Of a DNA stretch of 64,000 bases, positions 46,435-55,893 are shown piece by piece (the first letter of the stretch is position 1; the number at the start of each line of letters is the position of its first letter). Location of the stretch: positions 20,961 through 84,960 of the IMG/VR virus record IMGVR_UViG_3300049216_000317, one strand, 5' to 3'. The notes under the pieces are model-generated. The model saw only the letters and a list, made by a program, of their open reading frames with translations, had not been told where the DNA came from and made no database searches. The translations under genes and the position numbers were made by a program. Origin of the DNA: a virus. Its lineage: Duplodnaviria; Heunggongvirae; Uroviricota; Caudoviricetes.

Positions 46435-46634
46435 ATACCGAAGAACAAATGTTCAAGTACACGCTTGGTCTTTATGGCCTTACGTGCGTGGGCTCAGAGC
46501 TTTTCGACGAAAACAATAAGCCCTACGGTTTCTTGAAAAATTACGGTTTCAATTCGGAAGGCGTCTTTTGCTTGGTTGTCAGACGTTATTCCTCCATTTC
46601 TGCGCTCCCCATCAAGATCACTTTGGAAGGTTAA
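46431..46634 (+). CDS. hypothetical protein
   Basis: 67 aa. Confidence 0.3.
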   Translation: MNTEEQMFKYTLGLYGLTCVGSELFDENNKPYGFLKNYGFNSEGVFCLVVRRYSSISALPIKITLEG

Positions 46635-46635
46635 T

Positions 46636-49600
46636 ATGAAAGTCAGTCCGCACATGCACGCCGAAAGCTTCCTTACGGGTTCATCCCTTAAGGATTTCAT
46701 TGCACGAGCAAAAGAGCTTGGGCGTTCGCACGTTGCATACACTGATCATGGCTCGCTGAGTTCGGCTTTGAAAGTTCATGGCTTGGCGAAAAAAGAAGGT
46801 CTTAAGTCCATTTTGGGCCTGGAATTTTACTTTAAAGATCCAAACTGTCAGCTGGTTGCGGGTACGCCCGCCGCTAACGCGCGGTATTTCACCGCAACCA
46901 TTTACTGCGAAGATCAGGCAGCCTATCAGGCGCTTTGCCAGCTGGTTTCTCGTACAGATTTTGCTACCGTCAAAATCAACGGCGAGCCACAAAATCTTTG
47001 GACCTGGGCACATCTCGAAGAAATGTCCAAGTTCAACACGAACATCGTTTTGACTGGTGTTCATTGCATGGTGGCCAAAACGCTTCATGCAGGCGTTCCC
47101 AAAGTTGGCGAGCAAATCCTGCTGAAACTGAAACTATTATTTCCAAATCGCCTCTTTTTGGCAATTTTAGCTTCCAAATGGGAAAAGCGTTACGCAGAAG
47201 TTGTCGAGATTTTCTTCCAAGATGGTTCTAAAAAGGCAATTTTAGCGAGTGACACGGTTTCTTCTGACAAGGCGAAAAATATCTCGGCCAAGGATATTGC
47301 TTCGCGTGCTGGGCATTCTGCGCTTTATTCAATTTTCACAAACGGCTCATTTTACGATCTTTCCTCGAAAAAAGAGGTGGTCGACAAAAAGGGAAAAAAG
47401 AAAACACAAGTTTTCCCGAAAAAGTTCACTTCGGTAAAGCTTCATAAAGGCTTTTTGCCGTACCCCAACGGTGATGTCTCCCTTATGGGCAATCGCTTCC
47501 TAAAGGCGCTCGCGGCGCGCCACAGCCTGCCCCTGTTGGTGACCGACTATGCCTACTATGCCGAGCAAGGCGACCGAATCGTTCAGGATATGAAGCTTGA
47601 GGGCGCAACGCGGATGAACGCGAGCCTTCACATGAAGGACACGTCTGAAATTCGCGATTATCTGACCGGAGTTCTAGGAATGAATCCTTCAGAAGCCGAA
47701 TGGGTCTTGGTCTCAAATCAAGCTTGGGCAAGCCGTTTCGACAATTTTGATCTCAAATATGATTGGCGCTTAGCTGAAACCGACGGTGATCCGCTTAAGC
47801 GAACCATGGAGATCATTCGAAAAGTCGGGCGCATGGATTTTGGCAATATGTTCCACGTGGAACAATTGAAGACAGAACTCGGCGTCATCGCCAAAAACGG
47901 CAAGAAAGATCTGTCATCGTATTTTTTGCCGATTTATGACGTCCTAAACCATTACCGCGAAAACGGTCAGTTGACTGGTCCAGGCCGTGGATCGGCTGCG
48001 GGTTCGTTTTTGGCCTATTGCATGGGGATCACACACGTTGATCCCTTCAAATATGGCCTAAGTTTCCAACGTTTCTACTCCTTGGATCGTATTTTGGCCG
48101 ACAAGCTGGCCGACATCGACTCGGATTTGGAAGATCGCGAGCTTTTGGTCGGTGCCGATGGCAAGTCCGGCTACCTCTATTCAAGGTGGGGGAATAAAGC
48201 AGCACAAATCGGAACACGTCAAACACTTCGTCTAAAATCTTCCATTAAAGACGCGAACCGCTTTAAAAATGGAAAGGTCGAGCCCGAAATCGAAGCTTTA
48301 ACGTCAGCTTTGCCAGATGCACCGCAAGGCACGACGGATGAGAAATTCCTCTATGGCGGAGAAGACGACGACGGCAACCACATTTCAGGACTCATCGAGA
48401 ATTCTGACAAGCTTCAGGCGTATATCGCCAAACGCCCAGACGAATGGGCATTAGTTGAAAAAGCCTTGGGCGTGACGCGCGCCTTCTCATCTCACGCATC
48501 GGCATTCGTTATTGCAGACGTGCCGGTTGATACTTTGGTCCCTGTTCGCGACGGAAATATCACGCAGTACGAAGCAAAAGAATGCGAGATGGCCGGATTG
48601 ATCAAATACGATCTCCTGGTCGTTTCTCAACTGAAAGACATTCGAGTTTGCATTGATTTAATCAACAAGAAAAACGGCGAAAAACACGATACAGGCTATT
48701 TCACACACAACGGCCAGCGCACCTACGTTTGGGATTTGCCCGTTGATCTTGAGGCGTTTAAGAGCCTTTGGGGCGGTGCTACCGAGACCTGTTTCCAGGT
48801 CAACACCAAGACTGCTACCCCGTTTGTCATGGATATGCTCCCGCAGTCCATTGAAGACTACGCGATTATTTTGGCCTTGGGTCGTCCAGGTCCAATGGAT
48901 TATATCGATGAAAATACGGGCCGATCCATGGCCCAAGAATACATTCATCGTCGCGCTGGCGGCTCCTACTCCGATATTAAGATTTTGAATGAGTTAATTC
49001 CCGAAACTTTGTCGGTCCTCGTCTACCAAGAACAGATTACGAAAATTGCAAAGGAAGTGGCTGGGTTTTCCGGAGCAGATGCCGAGCAACTTCGTGAAAA
49101 TATCGGTAAGAAGAAAAAAGACGATCTCGTGGCAACCAAGCCGCAATTCATTGCGGGATGTGTTGCCAGCGGAAAAGTCACCGAACAAGAAGATCGCGAG
49201 CTTTGGGCACGTATCGAAACAGCAGGACGTTACTCTTTTAACAAATCCCACGCCGTTTCCTACGCATTCATCACGTATGCCTGCATTTTCTTTAAGCACA
49301 ATTACAAGCTTGAATGGTGGACCGCAGTTCTTTCAAACGCCGACACAAAAGAGATCACTTCGGTCTTGTGGCCATACGTTAAAGACATGGTTTTGCCCCC
49401 CGACATCAACCTTTCGTCAGAACAAATGGTTGTGGATTATGCCAACGAGAAGATTCGCTCAAAACTAGGCGTCATTCATGGCATGGGGGAAGCTACCATT
49501 GGTCCAATCGTAGCTGGCCGCCCTTATAAGGACATCAATGATTTCATTGATAAGGACGTGGCGGGGGATGCGCTTACGCGCAAATTGATCCACGTCGGTG

Positions 49601-50250
49601 TGCTGGACTCGCTGTTTCCTCCAAAGCTGACGTTTCTTGAGAAGCTAAAAATCTTTGAAGACGCCATTGAGATTCGCGACTTCAAAGAAAAGAAAGCCAA
49701 GGCCGAAAAAGAAGGCAAGCAAATGCGCCTTTTGCAGCCTAAAGAGGGACAGATTCCTGAGATTTACGCGAATTTGAATCAGAATCCAGTCTTGGAAGCG
49801 GCTATGCGCAAATCGGTTCTTCCGAGCTTGCCAGTCGATTTCTACTCGCTCGCGAAGTACCACAGCGTAGTACGCGACAAAATGGCTTCTCGCCCTTCGC
49901 TGCTTAACAAGCGGAACATGAAGACTTTGCTTTTAAGTGGCGAGCACCTGAAGCGCTTCGATGAAATGTCGGAGCATGCTCTGGAAGACGACACTTACTT
50001 TGCCGTCATGGGTTACGTGTTGGAATCGAAAGAATTCGGCTATCCGAAGGCCAACCCTACTAAGCGGGCGCTCAAGCTTGTTTTGGACTGCGATAGCTAT
50101 GTTTCTGAAAAAGTGCTTTGGCCAGACTTTGATACGGGGCAACTGAATTACCCAGAGGGCGTCAAAAAAGGCTCCGTCGTTTCGCTTTTCATGAAAAAGC
50201 GCGTGGGCAAAAAAGACGTTCAGATCACCGAAATTGTGCTTGAGGTCTAG
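46636..50250 (+). CDS. dnaE: DNA polymerase III alpha subunit (DnaE-type, PHP domain)
   Basis: PHP N-term HMHAESFL..AYTDHGSL; GRGSAAGSFLAYCMGITHVDP matches DnaE GSAAGSLVAY..ITD.DP; ~1205 aa; ATG 46636 with RBS GGAAGG. Confidence 0.85.
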   Translation: MKVSPHMHAESFLTGSSLKDFIARAKELGRSHVAYTDHGSLSSALKVHGLAKKEGLKSILGLEFYFKDPNCQLVAGTPAANARYFTATIYCEDQAAYQALCQLVSRTDFATVKINGEPQNLWTWAHLEEMSKFNTNIVLTGVHCMVAKTLHAGVPKVGEQILLKLKLLFPNRLFLAILASKWEKRYAEVVEIFFQDGSKKAILASDTVSSDKAKNISAKDIASRAGHSALYSIFTNGSFYDLSSKKEVVDKKGKKKTQVFPKKFTSVKLHKGFLPYPNGDVSLMGNRFLKALAARHSLPLLVTDYAYYAEQGDRIVQDMKLEGATRMNASLHMKDTSEIRDYLTGVLGMNPSEAEWVLVSNQAWASRFDNFDLKYDWRLAETDGDPLKRTMEIIRKVGRMDFGNMFHVEQLKTELGVIAKNGKKDLSSYFLPIYDVLNHYRENGQLTGPGRGSAAGSFLAYCMGITHVDPFKYGLSFQRFYSLDRILADKLADIDSDLEDRELLVGADGKSGYLYSRWGNKAAQIGTRQTLRLKSSIKDANRFKNGKVEPEIEALTSALPDAPQGTTDEKFLYGGEDDDGNHISGLIENSDKLQAYIAKRPDEWALVEKALGVTRAFSSHASAFVIADVPVDTLVPVRDGNITQYEAKECEMAGLIKYDLLVVSQLKDIRVCIDLINKKNGEKHDTGYFTHNGQRTYVWDLPVDLEAFKSLWGGATETCFQVNTKTATPFVMDMLPQSIEDYAIILALGRPGPMDYIDENTGRSMAQEYIHRRAGGSYSDIKILNELIPETLSVLVYQEQITKIAKEVAGFSGADAEQLRENIGKKKKDDLVATKPQFIAGCVASGKVTEQEDRELWARIETAGRYSFNKSHAVSYAFITYACIFFKHNYKLEWWTAVLSNADTKEITSVLWPYVKDMVLPPDINLSSEQMVVDYANEKIRSKLGVIHGMGEATIGPIVAGRPYKDINDFIDKDVAGDALTRKLIHVGVLDSLFPPKLTFLEKLKIFEDAIEIRDFKEKKAKAEKEGKQMRLLQPKEGQIPEIYANLNQNPVLEAAMRKSVLPSLPVDFYSLAKYHSVVRDKMASRPSLLNKRNMKTLLLSGEHLKRFDEMSEHALEDDTYFAVMGYVLESKEFGYPKANPTKRALKLVLDCDSYVSEKVLWPDFDTGQLNYPEGVKKGSVVSLFMKKRVGKKDVQITEIVLEV

Positions 50251-50493
50251 GTGAATAAAGTCTGTCAAAAATGCTTAAAGAAGCGAGAGCTTACAGAATT
50301 TCGCACTGATCCAAGATGCATCGATGGTCATCGGAATATTTGCGAATGTTGCCGCCGTGAAAAGAATTATGCGGATTACCACAGCGGTAGTTTGCATCGT
50401 AACAAGGACGTCATTCGAGAATGGCGCTCCAAAAACAAAGATCGCGTGGCTGAAGCCAACCGCCGTTACTACGAAAAAAAGAAGAAGGTCTAG
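50251..50493 (+). CDS. Cys-rich zinc-binding protein
   Basis: CQKCLKK..CIDGHRNICECC; 80 aa. Confidence 0.4.
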   Translation: MNKVCQKCLKKRELTEFRTDPRCIDGHRNICECCRREKNYADYHSGSLHRNKDVIREWRSKNKDRVAEANRRYYEKKKKV

Positions 50494-50514
50494 TCCTTTC
50501 TATTTTGTTTGCTA

Positions 50515-50551
50515 ATTGCTATTTACAATTCTAACATTAGTAAATAGCAAT
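50515..50551 (+). promoter_or_regulatory. 12-bp perfect inverted repeat ATTGCTATTTAC..GTAAATAGCAAT
   Basis: Arms at 50515-50526 and 50540-50551 with 13-nt spacer; no T-run after it, so operator-like rather than terminator-like. Confidence 0.4.
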
Positions 50552-50573
50552 TCGGCCCATGATAGAAGGTAGT

Positions 50574-50819
50574 ATGGCTTTTCTCGATATGAAGATGGTT
50601 TCTAAAAAGAGACTCGACTCTCGTAGCGTCGTAATTGTTTCGGAAAATCTTGTTGGAGACCGCATCTTCATTGAAATCGCCACGAACGATGGACGTGCGC
50701 GCTTAGAGAGAAATTTCCCCGCAACAGATACCGGCCTGCGCGAAGCCTCAAAATTCCAATCAAAATTCAAAGGTGTTGACGACCTTTTAACCTATTTCGG
50801 ATTACCGAAGGAGCAATAA
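50574..50819 (+). CDS. hypothetical protein
   Basis: Track ORF 50559..; ATG 50574 with RBS AGAAGG preferred. Confidence 0.35.
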   Translation: MAFLDMKMVSKKRLDSRSVVIVSENLVGDRIFIEIATNDGRARLERNFPATDTGLREASKFQSKFKGVDDLLTYFGLPKEQ

Positions 50820-51586
50820 TGTCTCTGACCACATGTCTTGACGAGATCAAGAAAACGAAGCCAGTCGCCAACGAAGATGTCGAAGCTGGTAATTACCAAA
50901 CTCTCAATGCGCGACGTGGACGCAAAGCTGCTGCCATCGAGAGACTCAAGGAACTTCGTTACAACTACCGATACGAACTCGGCAAAACAGCAATGTTCTT
51001 GGTTGTGACTGGCTCTCAGGCACAAGAACTTGCTGATGCGCTTGTTCCTTTTTCTGGATTCGTTCGCAATCCAGAAGATTTTTATAACGACCTCGCCCAT
51101 CGCATGTGTCCAGTCATTGCGGCGACCAAAGGAAGTATTTCGAACTTGTTTGATGTCCTCGGACGCCACCTTGAAGACAAAATGCGGGAACTTGGAGTCA
51201 CCGAGTATAACCAAATCATTATGAAGGCTTCCTACGGGCGCACGGTTTCAAATGAAACTGAGTTCGCGGCACTGGTGAAGCAAGCAATCAATGAACAAGT
51301 TGGACCAGAAGTCGCGGGCTTGCAGGCGATTGTCTCAAGCGTTGACGAGGCTATTGAACGTGAACACTCGGGATCTGCGTCACTCTTTGTTCTTCCTACG
51401 CAAGACGAAGATTTTGTCAAAACGCTATCGACTGGACTGAAGCGTCTTTCGCCAAACGTGTTCGTCGTTACCGCAGGGAAAACATCAAAAACTATGAGAG
51501 ATCTTGCCGGGTCTCTCACCGTTAAAGCTGTCAATGAGGACAGTGTCGACGGTCTTATTAAAGCGATCAAATCACAACGAAAATAA
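50819..51586 (+). CDS. hypothetical protein
   Basis: 255 aa, RBS AAGGAG. Confidence 0.45.
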   Translation: MSLTTCLDEIKKTKPVANEDVEAGNYQTLNARRGRKAAAIERLKELRYNYRYELGKTAMFLVVTGSQAQELADALVPFSGFVRNPEDFYNDLAHRMCPVIAATKGSISNLFDVLGRHLEDKMRELGVTEYNQIIMKASYGRTVSNETEFAALVKQAINEQVGPEVAGLQAIVSSVDEAIEREHSGSASLFVLPTQDEDFVKTLSTGLKRLSPNVFVVTAGKTSKTMRDLAGSLTVKAVNEDSVDGLIKAIKSQRK

Positions 51587-51601
51587 CCAAGGAGATCACG
51601 G

Positions 51602-52564
51602 ATGAAGATCGGAAGCGCCAAGTACGGCGGTGAATATAAAAAGAAAACCTTCGCAAAATTGAAAGAAGGCGAAGCAATGTATCGCATTTTGCCCCCTTTG
51701 GGCGATTTGGCAGATAAAGGTGTATGGAGCGTTTACTGGAACGTTCACTACGGCTACACGAACTCAGCAGGAAAACTGCGCACTTTCGCAAGCCCTCTAG
51801 TTAAGAACAGCAAAACAAAAATGATCGAAGTGCCGGATGCTGCTTTAGAGCGTATCCAAAAAGGCAAAGCGCAATTGGAAGAGGCGAAAAAAGCAGGAAA
51901 TGCTGAACTAGCTTCTCGCCTGACCGTTTTGTTCAGCGGCCCAAAACCTAAGTTCAACATGGATTCAAACCATTACATGAACGCGGTTGATGCTTCTGGC
52001 AACATCGTTATTTTGCAACTTCGCCATACGGCTAAGAAATTGCTCGACATCGAGATCAAAGCTTTGCGCGACAAAGGGATTGATCCGCTTGCAGTCGATA
52101 CTGGACGTTATTTTACGTTCCGTCGTACTGGAATGGGCCTCGACACTGAATTTAAAGTTTCGGTTGCCCAAGAGACGATCAATTTGCCGGGAACCAACGA
52201 AGAAGTAAAACGCGACATCAAACATACTCTTACCCAAGAGTTGATTGCTCGTCTTGAAGCCGAAGCTGGCGATTTGGATTCTTTATATAAGACTCCGTCG
52301 GCAGCAGAAGTTGCGCAAATCGTGGCAGAAGGTGCGCCAGCAGTGGACCGCATTCTTGATGCCAAAGGTGCAAGCGCAGGGGACGAAGTGGATGCTGACG
52401 AAGCAACTACGCCGGCAGCCCAAGCTAAGCCTGCCGCAGCTACTCAGTCGGTTGTCCGCCCTCCTGTTAGCGCGCCAGTGGCAGCAGCTGCCCCTAAAGC
52501 CGCCGCACCGACTCCTGTATCAAACATGAGTGATGAAGAGTTTCTGAAATCAATTAACGGGTAA
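51602..52564 (+). CDS. putative ssDNA-binding protein (T7 gp2.5-like) with Ala/Pro-rich linker and acidic C-terminal tail
   Basis: Position upstream of RecA-like gene; C-term DEEF tail typical of SSBs; no strict motif. Confidence 0.35.
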   Translation: MKIGSAKYGGEYKKKTFAKLKEGEAMYRILPPLGDLADKGVWSVYWNVHYGYTNSAGKLRTFASPLVKNSKTKMIEVPDAALERIQKGKAQLEEAKKAGNAELASRLTVLFSGPKPKFNMDSNHYMNAVDASGNIVILQLRHTAKKLLDIEIKALRDKGIDPLAVDTGRYFTFRRTGMGLDTEFKVSVAQETINLPGTNEEVKRDIKHTLTQELIARLEAEAGDLDSLYKTPSAAEVAQIVAEGAPAVDRILDAKGASAGDEVDADEATTPAAQAKPAAATQSVVRPPVSAPVAAAAPKAAAPTPVSNMSDEEFLKSING

Positions 52565-52573
52565 GGGGTCATT

Positions 52574-53080
52574 GTGAGCGAACTTAAAGAACATTCGCTC
52601 ACCGTTCCGGCGTTCCGCAAAACGCCGGAGCTTACATTGCCCCTTACGGCTACCCGAGAAGGGGAAGCAAGGATCATCGAGGCAAAAACGGTGAGCCCAG
52701 TTAGTTATGCGGATCTTGAGAACTGCTATTCGGCAGCTTATCGAGAATTAAAATCTGCACTAGCTACTCTCGGATTTCAGAAAGACCAAGCTCAAAAGGC
52801 AATCGACGAGGCTAAAAGCGAATTTTTGATCGATCATTACTACGGCGAAATCTTAAAGGACAAGCCAAAGAGTCATGATTCTGCCGACCTACGGAACGCG
52901 CATTTAATGCGATTCGAACCGTATGTCGAAGCGCTGGATCGCTACAACATGGTGAAAGCCATGGAAGCTCTTGTGGATGGGAAAATCAAAGTTTTTGAGC
53001 GCGTTTCGGCCTACATGAAAAAGTCTATGGACCTGATTATTCGAGGCGGCTTAGCAGACAAAGGATTATGGAAAAAATGA
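52574..53080 (+). CDS. hypothetical protein
   Basis: 168 aa. Confidence 0.4.
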   Translation: MSELKEHSLTVPAFRKTPELTLPLTATREGEARIIEAKTVSPVSYADLENCYSAAYRELKSALATLGFQKDQAQKAIDEAKSEFLIDHYYGEILKDKPKSHDSADLRNAHLMRFEPYVEALDRYNMVKAMEALVDGKIKVFERVSAYMKKSMDLIIRGGLADKGLWKK

Positions 53081-53283
53081 CGAGAGTGAAAGTTGCCGCA
53101 GATACCTACATCGACCTTGCCCAAGTAACTACTGTACGTCTTGGCGATGAAGAAAAAGGCGGAAGATTGGAAGTCTTCTTTTGGTTCGTCGGCGGCGGCA
53201 CAAACTCTTGGTGGCTAAATGCAAAATTGATTCGCCAGTGGGTGGCAAATAGTTGCGTGTTCGATTTTACGGAGAATTTATAA
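53068..53283 (+). CDS. hypothetical protein
   Basis: 71 aa. Confidence 0.3.
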   Translation: MEKMTRVKVAADTYIDLAQVTTVRLGDEEKGGRLEVFFWFVGGGTNSWWLNAKLIRQWVANSCVFDFTENL

Positions 53284-54342
53284 ATGGCAAATAAATGGAT
53301 GAAGCAGCTTTTGTCTTATGACGATGCTGTTGATTATGAATATGACTCTTTTGACCCTAAAAACTGCCTCTATACGCCAAGCCCATATTTCAATTGGATC
53401 TTTGCGAACAAGGCAAACGGAATTCCTAGAAATTCCTCGGTTTTGTTTTATTCAGAACCCAAGGCAGGCAAGTCGCTCTCGATTTACGCTTTGATTATGG
53501 AAATGCAAAAGCATGATCCGGAAGGTATTGCGATTTATTTTAATACGGAGCTTCGTGGCCAGCTTCAGCACGGAGTTTTTGAGGGTCTTGATCGAGATCG
53601 AATGGTTATCTATGATACCAACGATCCAGTCGAAATTTTTGACCGTGTTGAAGTTGACATCCGTTCGATGGTTCAAGACGGAATGCCCCTGCGTATCATT
53701 GCGGTCGACTCGTTGACCAATATTCAAGGAATTAAGCGCGGCGCTGCGGAATCAGTTAGCCAGCATTTGATGGGCGATCGTGCTTTGACGATCCAAACGG
53801 GACTTTCAAAATTAGTTCCTTTTTGTAAGCGCAACGGAATCCTCCTTTTGGCTACCGATCAGCTGCGTGCAAACATGGAAGCAGGTTCCTACGGACCGAA
53901 AGAAAAGGCAGCGAGCAGCTGGGCTACTCGTCACGCTTTTGAATACTTTGTATCTTTGAAGCGCGCGGGCGCCGCTGAAGACAAGAAGGACATCGAAGGT
54001 AAAACGTTTGAAGAAGAAGACAGCAAAGATGCGCGCGGCAACAAACTGCTTACAGGTCACAAGGTATTCGTAAAAATGGATGCGTCGTCGATTGGCCAAG
54101 CAGGTCGTGCTGGCGTCTTCACGCTATCGTACACCGAAGGAATTATTAACCAGCACGAAGAGATCTTCTGGCTCGCGAAGAATTCCGGAGTGATTACGAC
54201 GACGAACAACAAGACTTATTCTTTCCACGACAAAACCTTTAACGGCAAAAACCAAACAGCGCAGGCGATTAAGGATGATCCAAAATTGGCTGCTCAGGTT
54301 CTGGCTGAAGTCATTGCGAAAGATGCAGATCGAAACACTTAG
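53284..54342 (+). CDS. RecA-like recombinase (UvsX/Sak4-type)
   Basis: Walker A YSEPKAGKSL, Walker B IIAVDSLT. Confidence 0.7.
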   Translation: MANKWMKQLLSYDDAVDYEYDSFDPKNCLYTPSPYFNWIFANKANGIPRNSSVLFYSEPKAGKSLSIYALIMEMQKHDPEGIAIYFNTELRGQLQHGVFEGLDRDRMVIYDTNDPVEIFDRVEVDIRSMVQDGMPLRIIAVDSLTNIQGIKRGAAESVSQHLMGDRALTIQTGLSKLVPFCKRNGILLLATDQLRANMEAGSYGPKEKAASSWATRHAFEYFVSLKRAGAAEDKKDIEGKTFEEEDSKDARGNKLLTGHKVFVKMDASSIGQAGRAGVFTLSYTEGIINQHEEIFWLAKNSGVITTTNNKTYSFHDKTFNGKNQTAQAIKDDPKLAAQVLAEVIAKDADRNT

Positions 54343-54542
54343 TTCTTAGAGCGGAGGCGTGGAAGCTGTGGAATGGCATCGCACCGGCCATGTAAGTTGG
54401 TAGGGATACAAGCCACTGGGGACACGCAGGGAGAAGACAATACCTGATGCCGAACGCGAGGGTAATCGCATTGCAAGGCTGAACCTCAGTAAGCATAAAC
54501 GCCGGAGTCGCGCCCGGCCCGCTCGCTTTTTAAAGGAAGTTC

Positions 54543-55478
54543 ATGAAAGACCTATTGAGACCACAAGGCGACGGACGCAAGATTCACTCGAAAGACGAGT
54601 TTGAACTTTGCTACCTACGCCATAAATATTTGCGACGTGCGAATCGCAATCCTTCTCAAGAAGAGATGGCTCCTTATCAAAAGACTATTCGCATGTGCGC
54701 GCATCGTACTTTTAGCACCTATCAAAGCCTTTTTATTGCCGTTGGATTCGATGTCGACGATCTGATTTCTGTTGGCCGTGTTCAGCTGGTAAGCTTTCTT
54801 TGCCTTTTTTCTGTTGAATCAAACCAAGGGGTTGAAGATCGATTCTTTTCGGCTTTCGTAAGAAAGAATGCAAAAATACCGAAATCAAAAGACGTCCTTG
54901 ATCGCAACCAAGCGAATTTCACACATTTCATCAAGCAGCGTTTTGAAGACGTTGTGCGCGTTTGCCGTCAAAAAGCTCGCAATATTAAGGGCTGCGGCGT
55001 TGATGAATATGAATTTTTTTATGGCGTTAAAAAGCCAAGCAAAAATATCCGCGATCTTCTAATTGATTATGCAAGCCTCGGTTTCAAGAAAACGGATCTT
55101 CCAACCTATCGTGCGGCTCGTAAAAAGGCTGGCGAAAAGGGAAGTGTGTTCAAGCACAACAGACTCTGGTGGGTTTGCATCCCCGTCGAGACAAAGCCGC
55201 TTGCTGCGGAAGACTTATTTGGTGCGGACCTGAATCCTTACGATTCGTTCCATAACATGACACCTGAGCAAATTGTATTGGAGCGTGAAAACATCGTCCA
55301 ATACGAGGAAAAGGTCGAAAAGTTTCAGCAAATGCTTCCAGAAGAGCGCGCAACGATCCTCCGTGATTTTATCTCAATGAACAAAGCGAACGGTTCAATG
55401 ACGAAAGAAATCGAAACGGCCAATAAAACGCTTCGCTTACTGGAGAAGGAATGTGAGCAACGAAAAACCGCCGATTGA
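54543..55478 (+). CDS. hypothetical protein, possible second sigma-70 region-2-like factor
   Basis: DDLISVGRVQLVSFLCLFSVESNQGVEDRFFSAFVRKNA resembles sigma 2.2-2.3 (DLIQEGNIGLMKAV.KFD..G..FSTYA). Confidence 0.35.
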   Translation: MKDLLRPQGDGRKIHSKDEFELCYLRHKYLRRANRNPSQEEMAPYQKTIRMCAHRTFSTYQSLFIAVGFDVDDLISVGRVQLVSFLCLFSVESNQGVEDRFFSAFVRKNAKIPKSKDVLDRNQANFTHFIKQRFEDVVRVCRQKARNIKGCGVDEYEFFYGVKKPSKNIRDLLIDYASLGFKKTDLPTYRAARKKAGEKGSVFKHNRLWWVCIPVETKPLAAEDLFGADLNPYDSFHNMTPEQIVLERENIVQYEEKVEKFQQMLPEERATILRDFISMNKANGSMTKEIETANKTLRLLEKECEQRKTAD

Positions 55479-55893
55479 AGATGTAATCCTGCAATGGTCC
55501 TTGGATCACGGGCAACGCTTCAAAGAAACTCGCTTTGACGATTTAGTCGAACTTTTTGAGAAACTAAAGGCTTACGGCTACACGAACGACGACATCTATT
55601 TAAAACACAAGACGGCTATCATTGAGGAAACCTTTGCTGAGCATGCAAGAATAACTCAGCAGAAAAAGGAGAGATGGCTTCGTTGTGTAAAAAAAGATAT
55701 AGAAAAAGCTCGCATTCAAGCATTTGGTCTAAAAGATCCGGACGGAAAATTCACTAAAGCAGTGAAAAAGGGTCAAGAGACCCAGCCGCAGCCTGTTGCT
55801 GTTCGTGAAATTCTCGTTCCTACGGATCACGAGGATCTCGCTATTGTTGAGCATGACGACACAATGGCGAAGCTGTTTGGTTGGGAGCCTTAA
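55453..55893 (+). CDS. hypothetical protein, paralogue A
   Basis: N-term MSNEKPPIEDVILQWSL..YGYT paralogous to the 57255..57557 product. Confidence 0.4.
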   Translation: MSNEKPPIEDVILQWSLDHGQRFKETRFDDLVELFEKLKAYGYTNDDIYLKHKTAIIEETFAEHARITQQKKERWLRCVKKDIEKARIQAFGLKDPDGKFTKAVKKGQETQPQPVAVREILVPTDHEDLAIVEHDDTMAKLFGWEP

